Below, one piece after another: positions 47,171 to 56,016 of a DNA stretch of 64,000 nt. This DNA comes from Chloroflexota bacterium. Its GTDB lineage: Bacteria > Chloroflexota > UBA11872 > VXOZ01. The DNA lies in contig OY760183.1 in assembly GCA_963663275.1 (NCBI GenBank), positions 2,720,001 through 2,784,000 of the forward strand, read 5' to 3'. A program made the translations under genes and the position numbers. The stretch's first letter is position 1, and the number at the start of each line of letters is the position of its first letter. The notes under the pieces were generated by a model. That model ran no database searches, was not told the DNA's origin, and saw nothing but the letters and a program-made list of their open reading frames with translations.

Positions 47171-50086
47171 ATGCGCATCACCGCGGTCTCTCTCAAGAAC
47201 GTTAAGAGCTACCAGGAAGCGACCGTTCCCTTCCCACCGGGCACGGTTGCCATCTCCGGGCCGAACGGCGCCGGCAAGAGCACCATCCTGGAGGCGATCG
47301 GCTTCGCGCTCTTCGATTTCCTGCCCTATCGCAACCAGCGGGAGTTCATGCGCCACAATGCCACCGAGGCGGACGTGCGCGTGACCTTCCTTTCGCGTCT
47401 CGATGAGTGCGAGTATCAAGCGGTGCGCACCCTCAAGCGCGCCACCGGCAGCGCGGACACCGTCACGTCGTCCTACTTCGTCTACAGCTTCGATACCCAC
47501 GAGCAGGTGGCGCGGCAAAAGGAGGAGGTGCAGGCGTTCCTGCGCCGCCACGTCGGTCTGGACGACTACGACGACCTGGCCCGCGTCTTTGCCGACGTGC
47601 TGGGCGTGCCCCAGGGACGCTTGACCGCGGACTTCCTGCTCACCCCCGCGCAGCGGAAACAGACCTTCGATCCCCTGCTGCGGGTGGACGCCTACCGCCG
47701 GGTCTTCGCAAAGCTGCGGGACGTGCTGGACGCGCTGCAAGGCAAGGTGGCGGAACACGAGCGGCAGGTTTCCGGGCTGGAACCCCAGGCCGCGCGCCTG
47801 CCGGACGCGCTGTCGGCGCTGGCTCAGCATAAAGCGGAATACGCCGAGGCGGCGGCGCAATCGAGCGCCCTGTCCGCGGACCTGAAGCGCCTCCAAGCGG
47901 ACTTGAGCAACCTGGAAACGCAGCGCCGCGCGCTGGAGCAACAACGTGGAATTGCAAAGCAACTGACCCAACAGCAGGAAAACCTGCAAAAGCGCCTGGA
48001 AACCGAGCGCGCGCAGGTCGCAGCGGCACGGCAGGCGGCGGCGCGCACACACAGCGCCAAAGCCGGCTACGCCGCCTACCGCGAGGCGCAAGACACACTG
48101 GCAACGCTTGAAGGAGAGCGCAAAGACGCCGACGCTCTCCGCGCGACCGAGCGGACCTTGGAAAACAAACTCGTGGCGCTGGAGACTCAGCGAGCGGCGC
48201 TCAGAAAAGGCGTGGAGGAAGCAAGCCAGGCGGCGGCGCGCATAGCGGCCCTCGCGCCGGACGTCGCGCGGCAGGAGGAGTTGGAGGCGCGGGCGCGCGA
48301 ATTCGGCCAAGACCTGGGCTTCGCGCGGCAACTTGGCCGCCAGATAAACCAGGCGTTGCGGCGGCTCACCGCCAGCGCGCCGGACGAGCGGCTGGCGTTT
48401 GCGGAAGGCCCCCTGCCGGTGGAAACGGACAAGGATGCCGCGCGCGCCCGGGCAAAACTCGCGGAACAGTACGAGCGTTTGCAGGAAGTCGCGCCGTGGC
48501 TCCAGCAGCGCGACGGGTGCCGCCGCCAACTCCGGCAATCGCGTCCGGAACGCGAGCAAGTCGCCCAGGCGGTGGCGCGCTGCCGTACCTTCCTGGAAGC
48601 CGCCGCGCGCCTGCCTGACCTTGAAACGGAATTGCAGTCTGTGCAGGAGAAGATAGGCGCGTACCAAGCGCAGCGGCGCTTCAACGAGCATTCAAGGAGT
48701 ATGGCCGCGGACGGGCTCTGTCCCTTCTTCCAAGACCAGTGCCCCAAGGTGGACGACGGCCACAGCCTCATTCCCGTCATTGCCACCCTCATACGCGACT
48801 ACGCGGATCATGCCGCGCAGGCGCTAACGGCAAGAAAGAAACTGGCAAGCGAGGTTGCCAAGGCGCGCGCGGCGCAACAGGAAGCAAACCGCCTCACCGA
48901 CCTGGAACCGCGCTTGCGGCAACTCGACGACGAGATGCTGGCGCTCACGCGACAAGAGCGAGACCTGACCCAGCGCATCGATGCGCGCCTGCGGGAGATT
49001 TGGCGACCTGAAGCGATTGCCGAAACGCTTTCTTTGCTGGAGGGCGAGGAAGAGTCGCTGGCGCAACAGCTCAAGCGATTGGGCAATCCCCGCCAGGAAG
49101 TCGAACGACTGCACGGAGCGGCCGGCGAGCATAAAGCGCGCACACAGGCGCTGGACGCGGTTTCCACAGAACATGAGCGCGTCGCCAAAGAGTTGGCACA
49201 CGTCGCCGCGCGCCTCGAACCGTACGCCGACCTCGGCAATCGCCTCACCGCGCAGCGCACGCTCATCGAAACACACCGGCACGCTCACGACACCTACTTG
49301 CGCTACCAGGAAACCGCCGCCGATCTGCCGCGCCGTGAAGAAGCCGAGAGGGTCCTGGCAAGCGATGTGGAAGAGAACGAGCGCGCGCTCCGCGAATCCG
49401 CGCAGACGCTTGCAGCGAGCGAGTCCGCCTGGGATCCGGCCGCGCTCGCCGGCGCGCAAGCCGGCGTGAACCGTACGCAAGGCCGGTTGGGCGCGGCAAA
49501 CGAACGCTCCCGCTTTCTCAGCGAGCGGATTGCGGCCGCCAGGCGGGAAATTGCCGAATTGGAAGAGGCGGCGCGGGCGCTGGAGGAGGCCCGGATCGCG
49601 CTGGCCGAGGCGCGGGAGGTGCGCGCGGTGACGGGCTTCCTGCGCGACGTCATCCGCGACGCCGGGCCCCACGTCGCCCGCCACCTGATCCAGCAAGTCT
49701 CGGCGGAGGCCAACACGCTCTTCAGCGAGATCATGGGCGACGCCAGCGCGGAACTCTCGCTCACGGAGGACTACGACATTCTGCTGGAGCAGCACGGCCA
49801 CCGGCGCGGCTTCATGCAGTTGTCCGGCGGCGAGCAGATGAGCGCGGCGCTGGCTGTGCGCCTGGGCCTGCTGCGCCAACTCTCCGACCTGGACATTGCC
49901 TTCTTCGACGAACCGACCCAGAACATGGACGTCGAACGCCGCCACAATCTTGCCGAACAGCTTGAACGAGTAACGGGCTTCCACCAACTCTTCGTCATCA
50001 GCCACGACGATACGTTCGAACCGCTGGTCTCCACGGTGCTGCGCGTGCGCAAGGAGAACGGCGTGAGCACGGTGGAGCAGTTATAG
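47171..50086 (+). CDS. Rad50/SbcC SMC-family ATPase
   Basis: Walker A GPNGAGKST, Q-loop VPQG, coiled coil with central CPFFQDQCP, LSGGEQ, FFDEPT, ISH. Confidence 0.93.
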   Translation: MRITAVSLKNVKSYQEATVPFPPGTVAISGPNGAGKSTILEAIGFALFDFLPYRNQREFMRHNATEADVRVTFLSRLDECEYQAVRTLKRATGSADTVTSSYFVYSFDTHEQVARQKEEVQAFLRRHVGLDDYDDLARVFADVLGVPQGRLTADFLLTPAQRKQTFDPLLRVDAYRRVFAKLRDVLDALQGKVAEHERQVSGLEPQAARLPDALSALAQHKAEYAEAAAQSSALSADLKRLQADLSNLETQRRALEQQRGIAKQLTQQQENLQKRLETERAQVAAARQAAARTHSAKAGYAAYREAQDTLATLEGERKDADALRATERTLENKLVALETQRAALRKGVEEASQAAARIAALAPDVARQEELEARAREFGQDLGFARQLGRQINQALRRLTASAPDERLAFAEGPLPVETDKDAARARAKLAEQYERLQEVAPWLQQRDGCRRQLRQSRPEREQVAQAVARCRTFLEAAARLPDLETELQSVQEKIGAYQAQRRFNEHSRSMAADGLCPFFQDQCPKVDDGHSLIPVIATLIRDYADHAAQALTARKKLASEVAKARAAQQEANRLTDLEPRLRQLDDEMLALTRQERDLTQRIDARLREIWRPEAIAETLSLLEGEEESLAQQLKRLGNPRQEVERLHGAAGEHKARTQALDAVSTEHERVAKELAHVAARLEPYADLGNRLTAQRTLIETHRHAHDTYLRYQETAADLPRREEAERVLASDVEENERALRESAQTLAASESAWDPAALAGAQAGVNRTQGRLGAANERSRFLSERIAAARREIAELEEAARALEEARIALAEAREVRAVTGFLRDVIRDAGPHVARHLIQQVSAEANTLFSEIMGDASAELSLTEDYDILLEQHGHRRGFMQLSGGEQMSAALAVRLGLLRQLSDLDIAFFDEPTQNMDVERRHNLAEQLERVTGFHQLFVISHDDTFEPLVSTVLRVRKENGVSTVEQL

Positions 50087-50114
50087 CAATGAGAACGCGC
50101 CTGCCGCGCCAGAC

Positions 50115-50440
50115 GTAGCGCGGGGTCTCGTCCAAATTACCGTGTGATTGTCGTAGCGCGGGGGCTTGTCCCCCGCAGTCTTCACCGGCGTAGCGCGGGT
50201 GGCTTGTCCCTAATGTTGTCGCATTAGACGCAATGAGAATGAAAACTACGCTCTTTTCTCCGGTAGCGCAGGTTCGCACGAGACGTGCGCATAACCTGCG
50301 TCTTCCGCAGGGTCAATCCACTCCCTTCTCACGTTACTTGCTCCGGCGGGGGACAAGCCCCCGCGCTACGTTAATGCGATATCATTGGGGCTCGTCCCCC
50401 GCCCGCACATCCGGCGCAGGTTACAAACCTGCGCTACCGG
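50115..50440. mobile_element. GTAG REP cluster containing an inverted copy of IS4-like MITE-C (50211-50387)
   Basis: TIR TAATGTTGTCGCATTA/TAATGCGATATCATTG; imperfect 11-bp duplication TGGCTTGTCCC/GGGCTCGTCCC; interior is the reverse complement of 9029-9190. Confidence 0.8.
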
Positions 50441-50488
50441 AAAGTTGAAAGACACTAATATCCTTGCTTATGGAATGCGAATACTGCC

Positions 50489-51688
50489 GTGTTCTACCGT
50501 GACAAGACACTAGAGGCGCTCAACGCCAAGCGCGCCACACTTACAGAGTTGGACGCCGAGCAGCGTCTCCGCCTGCGGGAGTTGTATGCCGCCCGCGATG
50601 CCCTCTCCAGCATGACCGCCGACGAACTCTGCGAACGGCTCGCGCCGGTAAAGGCCCCCGGCGCGCGTCCCACCGCCGAATTCGACCGCGCGCCGGGGCT
50701 GCGCATCGCATTCTCGGAGTCTTGGGATAACCTGGCCGCCATGCGCCGCTGGGCCGCGGACACACTCGCCAACGTCACCACCTGCGCCGTGGACGGCAGC
50801 CAGTTGCCGGCCACCAAGGACTTTCCGCTGCCGGTAGCCGCCGTGCAAGTCGCGTGGTTCACCAACCGCCACGCGGCGAACGGCGAATATGAGAAGAACG
50901 CCCACGTCGAGGTGCTGACGCCGCGGGAACTTGGTGACGACGAGAGCGACGCCAACATGTGGGTCAACCTCCATCGGTATGAGCTTGAGGTAGCCCGCAT
51001 CAAGACCTTCATGCGGGAACAGCAGCGCCTGGACAAACGCGCGGTTGCGCTCTTCGACGGCTCGCTCACGGTCTCGTTCGCCGGCCCTCTTCCCGATGAC
51101 GCGCGCAATCGCTATCGCGCCGCCGCCGTGAGCATGCTGCGCGTATCCGAGGAGTGCGAGATTCCGCTCGTCGCTTACATCGATCGGTCCCGCGCCCGCG
51201 ACTTTACGCGCATGTTGTGCTATGTCCACGGCGCCAGTCTCACCGACGCCGCGCTCATCAGCGATGCCGCGCTCCTGGATACGCCCCACGCGGACATGCC
51301 GTTTTGGAGACTGCCCGCGTTCCTGTGCCAGCGGCAAGACGTGGTGCAAGACGACAACTACACGGACGCCGAAACAGACAGGAACTTCGCCAATGAAATC
51401 TGCTTTACGTATCTCAAGATCAACAACGGCCCGCCGGCGAGGCTGGAGTTCCCGGCCTGGCTACTGCGCGCCGGTGCGCTCGACCGCGTGGTAGACTGGG
51501 TACGCGCCGAGGCCATCGCCGGCGGCGGCTACCCGTACGCGATTCAGGCAGCGGACGCAGCGGCGGTGATTACCTTCGAGGACCGGCAGCGGTACCTGCG
51601 CGCGCTGGAAGAGTTCGGACGGCGCCACGACATTCGCACCATGCAGGCGTCGTCGAAGCAGGCGAGCAAAGAACGGCGGCGGGCGTAA
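50489..51688 (+). CDS. nurA: NurA nuclease
   Basis: AVDGSQ, FDGSL, RLEFP, GYPYAIQAADAAA; between rad50 and herA. Confidence 0.87.
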   Translation: MFYRDKTLEALNAKRATLTELDAEQRLRLRELYAARDALSSMTADELCERLAPVKAPGARPTAEFDRAPGLRIAFSESWDNLAAMRRWAADTLANVTTCAVDGSQLPATKDFPLPVAAVQVAWFTNRHAANGEYEKNAHVEVLTPRELGDDESDANMWVNLHRYELEVARIKTFMREQQRLDKRAVALFDGSLTVSFAGPLPDDARNRYRAAAVSMLRVSEECEIPLVAYIDRSRARDFTRMLCYVHGASLTDAALISDAALLDTPHADMPFWRLPAFLCQRQDVVQDDNYTDAETDRNFANEICFTYLKINNGPPARLEFPAWLLRAGALDRVVDWVRAEAIAGGGYPYAIQAADAAAVITFEDRQRYLRALEEFGRRHDIRTMQASSKQASKERRRA

Positions 51689-51700
51689 AGGGCAAGAGTG

Positions 51701-52378
51701 ATGGCGGGAAACGCAATCGGACGTATCGTCAAGTCGAATTCCCATACGGATTACGTCTGCCAGGTCTTCGCTCCCCGCGAAACGGCGCGCGACCCGCAGC
51801 CGGAAGATTACGCGTTCGGTCGCTTTGTAGAAGCGCCCATCGACCCCGCTGCCGCCGGCTCATCCTTCGACAGGCTCAGGACGAACGGCGGCGAGCGCGC
51901 TCTCGACAGGGACGGGACGAACGGCGGCGAACGCGCGGCGGTGGGCATCGTCTACGATACGATTCTCCTCAACCCGGAGTACGGCAGCCTCGGCCCCCGG
52001 CTGAATCCACCCGGCGATCAAGCCACGCTGGCGCCGGACTACCTGGTGGAGAAAGCGACCGCCGTCGGCATACTCGTCGTCGGGCTGCGCGCGGGCGAGG
52101 CGAATAACCACGGTGTCATCCCGCTCTCGCTGCCCGTGGACGCCGAGGTTTCCAGCATGAGCGCGGACGACGTGCGGCGCTTCCATGAGGTGGACGGCCG
52201 GCTGTCGCTCGGCTACCTGCCCCATCTCGTCTCGCACCAGAGCCCGCTGGTTACGGAACTCGGCCTCACCGTCATTCGCCACCTGCTCACGCTCTTCCCC
52301 GCGCCCGGCGAGCAGCGCCTCCTGCGCACCCTAGCCGCCCACCTCTCCTGGCAGGCGCGAGTCACGCCGCTCGGGTAG
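51701..52378 (+). CDS. Stand-alone HAS-barrel-like protein with in-frame palindromic insertion
   Basis: IGRIV...FGRFV...VGIVY...ILVVG...PVDAEV pattern resembles the HerA N-terminal barrel; no ATPase motifs; start 51698 or 51701. Confidence 0.65.
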   Translation: MAGNAIGRIVKSNSHTDYVCQVFAPRETARDPQPEDYAFGRFVEAPIDPAAAGSSFDRLRTNGGERALDRDGTNGGERAAVGIVYDTILLNPEYGSLGPRLNPPGDQATLAPDYLVEKATAVGILVVGLRAGEANNHGVIPLSLPVDAEVSSMSADDVRRFHEVDGRLSLGYLPHLVSHQSPLVTELGLTVIRHLLTLFPAPGEQRLLRTLAAHLSWQARVTPLG

Positions 52379-52435
52379 GCCGGTTTGACGCCTGCCGTTC
52401 GCCCCAAGCCTGTCGACTTTGAAGAGATGCCCTCC

Positions 52436-52601
52436 GGTAGCGTAGACTTGCAACCCGCGTCCATACACTCCGGTAGCGCAGGTTTGTAACCTGCGTCTTC
52501 CGTAGGGTCAATGCATTCCGTTCTCAATGTTCTAGCTCCAGCGGGGGACAAGCCCCCGCGCTACGTTTGCGCGACATCATAGGGACAAGCCCCCGCGCTA
52601 C
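52436..52601. repeat. GTAG REP cluster / partial MITE-C
   Basis: Interior matches 50260-50387; degenerate right TIR GCGACATCATA followed by GGGACAAGCCC. Confidence 0.7.
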
Positions 52602-52752
52602 GCCTCGCCCTGTGCGTGTGCGGGCATGACATGGGCTAAGCGCCGCGTGAGAACGCCTGGGATGGCGCAACCCATCCGTTCGCGGCCCCATGCTCTGGTA
52701 CACTAGGGAGTACGTTCAATTCCGTGTTCGGAGAGTATGAGGTAAACGGCGT

Positions 52753-53526
52753 ATGCGCGAAAATTCGGTCAAGCAACTCCTCGCCGCGGGCAGACCCGCC
52801 ATCGGCACGTGGCTTACCCTGGGCGATCCCCTGGCAACCGAGACCCTGGCGCACCTGGGGTTCGACTGGCTCAACGTGGACATGGAGCACGGTTCCATTG
52901 ACGTCCGCGAAACCCGCGCGCTCTTCCAGGTGATCAACACTACCGACGTGGTTCCTACCGCCCGCGTGCCCTGGAACGATCACGTGTGGATCAAGCGCGT
53001 GCTCGACGCCGGCGCGTACGGCGTGGTGGTGCCGATGGTGCGCACACGGGAAGAGGCCGAGCGGGCCGTGGCCGCCTGCCGCTATCCGCCGGCCGGCATT
53101 CGCAGCATCGGCAGCGGACGCAACCACTACGCTTTTCGCACCACGCAGGCCGCATACCTGGAACACGCCAACGACCAACTGCTTGTCGTCATCCAGATCG
53201 AGCACGCCGACGCCATCCGGCGGCTGGACGACATCCTCAGCGTGCCCGGCATCGACGCCGCCTTCATCGGCCCCAACGACCTCTGCGCCTCCCTGGGCCT
53301 GCCGCCCAGCACCGATAGCGATCATCCCGATTTCGAAGCCGCCATTGCGCAGGTCGTGACCGCGGGACGGAAGCACGGCGTCGCGCCGGGCATCCATACG
53401 AGTTCCGGTGAGGCCCTGAACAAGCGGCTGGAGCAGGGCTTTCGCTACCTGGGACTGGCCAACGACCAACGCTTGCTCATCAAGGGCGCGAGTGATGAAC
53501 TGGACGTCATCTGGCGCGAGCAATAA
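52753..53526 (+). CDS. HpcH/HpaI aldolase
   Basis: DMEHG, ARVP, RYPP.G.R, QIE, FIGPNDL. Confidence 0.92.
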   Translation: MRENSVKQLLAAGRPAIGTWLTLGDPLATETLAHLGFDWLNVDMEHGSIDVRETRALFQVINTTDVVPTARVPWNDHVWIKRVLDAGAYGVVVPMVRTREEAERAVAACRYPPAGIRSIGSGRNHYAFRTTQAAYLEHANDQLLVVIQIEHADAIRRLDDILSVPGIDAAFIGPNDLCASLGLPPSTDSDHPDFEAAIAQVVTAGRKHGVAPGIHTSSGEALNKRLEQGFRYLGLANDQRLLIKGASDELDVIWREQ

Positions 53527-53602
53527 TCTCGGGTTCGATTGAGACACGGCGGGAGCAAACCGCGCCGCCGCTGAGAAACGCCGCAGGCAAGAGCGCGATT
53601 CG

Positions 53603-55480
53603 ATGATTATAGGAATTGCCAAAGGTCCCGGCGAAACACCGAACGAATATACGTTCGTCACGCCCGATACCGAACGCCGGGTAAAGACGAGCGAGTTCGT
53701 CTATTACGAAGCGGAGGTTGACGGCACGCAGCGCCAGATTTTGGGCCGCGTGATACGGCGGATTCCGCTGCGCCTCTACCCCGATTCTTTTCTGGCGCAC
53801 CCGGAAGTAGACCCGGCCCAGATGGCGGCGCTGGTCGGCTACCAGAGCGCCGGCGAGCCCACCAACGACGGCGGCGAGGACGCCGGCGACTCCGCTGCCG
53901 AACTCTTCGAAATTCACGTCAGCATCATGGGCTACCACGACGAAGCGTTGAGCGCCTTCGTCAATCCCCGCATCCCGCCGCGCATCGGCTGGAAGATCTA
54001 CCTGGCCGCCGACGACATGCTCACCGAGGTGCTCAACCGCGTCGCGTTCGACTGGCAGGCGGGGGAAGCGCGGCCGGGGGGCGCGTACGTGGGGTCTCTG
54101 CTCTCGCGGCCCGCTCTGGATTTGCGCTCAGGACAAGCCAATGGCGTGCCGGTGGTGCTCGACGTGCGCTCGATTACGGCCACCCACATGGCTGTCATCG
54201 CCGGCACGGGCGCGGGCAAGAGCTACCTGGCCTCGGTGCTGATAGAGGAGATGATGAAGCCCCTCAACCGCGCCAGCATCCTGGTCGTGGACCCCCACGG
54301 CGAGTACGACACGCTGGAGGAGATTCGCAACGCCGCCGACTTTCGCGCCGACGACGGCTACAAGGCGGACGTCAAGACCGTTCCCCAGGACCAGGTGAAG
54401 ATTCGCGTCTCCGAACTCACGCAATTCGACCTGCGCTTTCTCCTGGGCGCGCAGTACGGGTTCTCCGGCCCCATGGAATACGTGCTTGGCAACGCGCTGG
54501 AACGGGTAAGGAAGGACCGGGGCGACAAGACGCCCTGGACGAAGAACGACCTCTACGCCGCCCTGGAGTACATGCAAGACGGAGAAGACGAACCGGCTTC
54601 AGGCCAAGACCGTCATTCCCGCGCAAGCGGGAATCCATCCGCCGGTGACGACGATCCCCTCAGCTTCCTCGACACCGCCGGCACCAACGAGCGGCAGAGT
54701 TCGCGCGCCAAGCCCGACCTCCAGATGCGCGGCAGCGCGCGGGCGGTCGATTGGCGGCTCCGCAGCCTCTTTGCCGAAGCGCCGAACTTCGACGACGTGG
54801 ACAGCATCAACCTCCAGGAGGTCTTCCGCCCCGGCCTCTGCTCCGTCCTGCAACTCAACGAAATCGACCGCCGCCAGCAGCAGGTCATCGTGGCGGTGCT
54901 CCTGCGCATGGTGTGGAAGGCGCGCATGAACGCCGTGAAAGGCGTCGGCAACCCCAAAGACCGCCTTGATTACCCGGTCTTCATCCTGCTCGAGGAAGCC
55001 CATCACTTCGCGCCGGCCAATGAAGACGTGGTGACCACGAACATTCTCAAGACCATTCTCGCCGAGGGGCGCAAGTTCGGCGTCGGCGTGGGCCTCATCA
55101 GCCAGCGCCCCGGCAAGCTCGATTCCGACGTGCTCTCCCAGTGCATGACCCAATTCCTGCTGCGCATCGTCAACGAGTACGACCAGAGCAGCGTGGCCGC
55201 CGCCGTTGAGAGCGCGAGCCACGACCTGTTGGCGGAACTGCCGGCGCTTTCCAAAGGACAGGCAATCGTCGCCGGGGCCGCCGTCAACACGCCGCTCTCG
55301 ATCCGCGTCAGGCAGCGCATCACGCGCCACGGCGGCGCGGAACCCGACGCGCCCAGCGAGTGGCGGTCTTTCTTCTCAGAGGAGGCGGCGCGCCGCCGGG
55401 AAGTTGACGCCTCCGGGCCGCCGGAAGGCCCGCCCCGCGGCCTTAGCAATATCCTCCGGAAGAGCCGCGACCGGCCCTAG
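53603..55480 (+). CDS. herA: HerA/FtsK-family DNA translocase with N-terminal HAS barrel
   Basis: HMAVIAGTGAGKS, DPHGEY, LEEAH, EGRKFG, SQRP, SQC. Confidence 0.9.
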   Translation: MIIGIAKGPGETPNEYTFVTPDTERRVKTSEFVYYEAEVDGTQRQILGRVIRRIPLRLYPDSFLAHPEVDPAQMAALVGYQSAGEPTNDGGEDAGDSAAELFEIHVSIMGYHDEALSAFVNPRIPPRIGWKIYLAADDMLTEVLNRVAFDWQAGEARPGGAYVGSLLSRPALDLRSGQANGVPVVLDVRSITATHMAVIAGTGAGKSYLASVLIEEMMKPLNRASILVVDPHGEYDTLEEIRNAADFRADDGYKADVKTVPQDQVKIRVSELTQFDLRFLLGAQYGFSGPMEYVLGNALERVRKDRGDKTPWTKNDLYAALEYMQDGEDEPASGQDRHSRASGNPSAGDDDPLSFLDTAGTNERQSSRAKPDLQMRGSARAVDWRLRSLFAEAPNFDDVDSINLQEVFRPGLCSVLQLNEIDRRQQQVIVAVLLRMVWKARMNAVKGVGNPKDRLDYPVFILLEEAHHFAPANEDVVTTNILKTILAEGRKFGVGVGLISQRPGKLDSDVLSQCMTQFLLRIVNEYDQSSVAAAVESASHDLLAELPALSKGQAIVAGAAVNTPLSIRVRQRITRHGGAEPDAPSEWRSFFSEEAARRREVDASGPPEGPPRGLSNILRKSRDRP

Positions 55481-55616
55481 GGGCTGAACGGTCGATAGGC
55501 GTTCACACCTTGCGTGTCGGTGTCAGATTTGGGCTCAGCGACTGTGCCCGGTCGCTGTCACTGTTCGCATGTACGCTCGCAGCTTGCAAACTTGCCGTTG
55601 CGCGGGAACTGGTCCC

Positions 55617-55817
55617 AAATGGTGTCGCGTTAATTCGTAATGCATACCGCGGTCCCCCAAATCTTGAGAGATGGATGAGCGCGCGCAGCCGTTCGCCTTG
55701 AGCCTGTCGAAAGGTGAACGGGGGTTGGTTGTGACGCACTGTACTACCCGTTCATACTTCGACGGGCTCAGCACGAACGGGTAGTACAGTGCTCATCAGT
55801 TCTACGCGACAGCACTG
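55617..55817. mobile_element. Element with MITE-C-like ends carrying a GTTC..GAAC hairpin doublet
   Basis: Ends AATGGTGTCGCGTA / TACGCGACAGCACTG, within a degenerate GTAG-type REP; 18-bp perfect stem at 55736-55792. Confidence 0.6.
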
Positions 55818-55896
55818 TGGCTTGTCCCCCGCAGATTGGCGGTAACGCTTCGTACCGGCTTCGGCAGGTCGCTCAAAAGGTGTTTCCAAAGGTCTT

Positions 55897-55956
55897 GTCT
55901 GCGCGAGGTACGTTCGCCCTGAGCCGCGTCGAAGGGTGAACGTACCTCGTGCAGAC
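55897..55956. repeat. Long GTTC..GAAC hairpin (probable MITE-D remnant)
   Basis: GTCTGCGCGAGGTACGTTC / GAACGTACCTCGTGCAGAC; matches 35010-35055. Confidence 0.7.
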
Positions 55957-56016
55957 CAAACGATCCTATAGCAGGCTAGTAGAACACGCTCCACACTGAA
56001 AAAACGGAGAAATCGC

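Noticed and set aside
45644-55480. Named defence systems such as Wadjet, Lamassu or Sir2-HerA
   Set aside because: No kleisin, KITE, Toprim or Sir2 genes; motifs fit Mre11, Rad50, NurA and HerA
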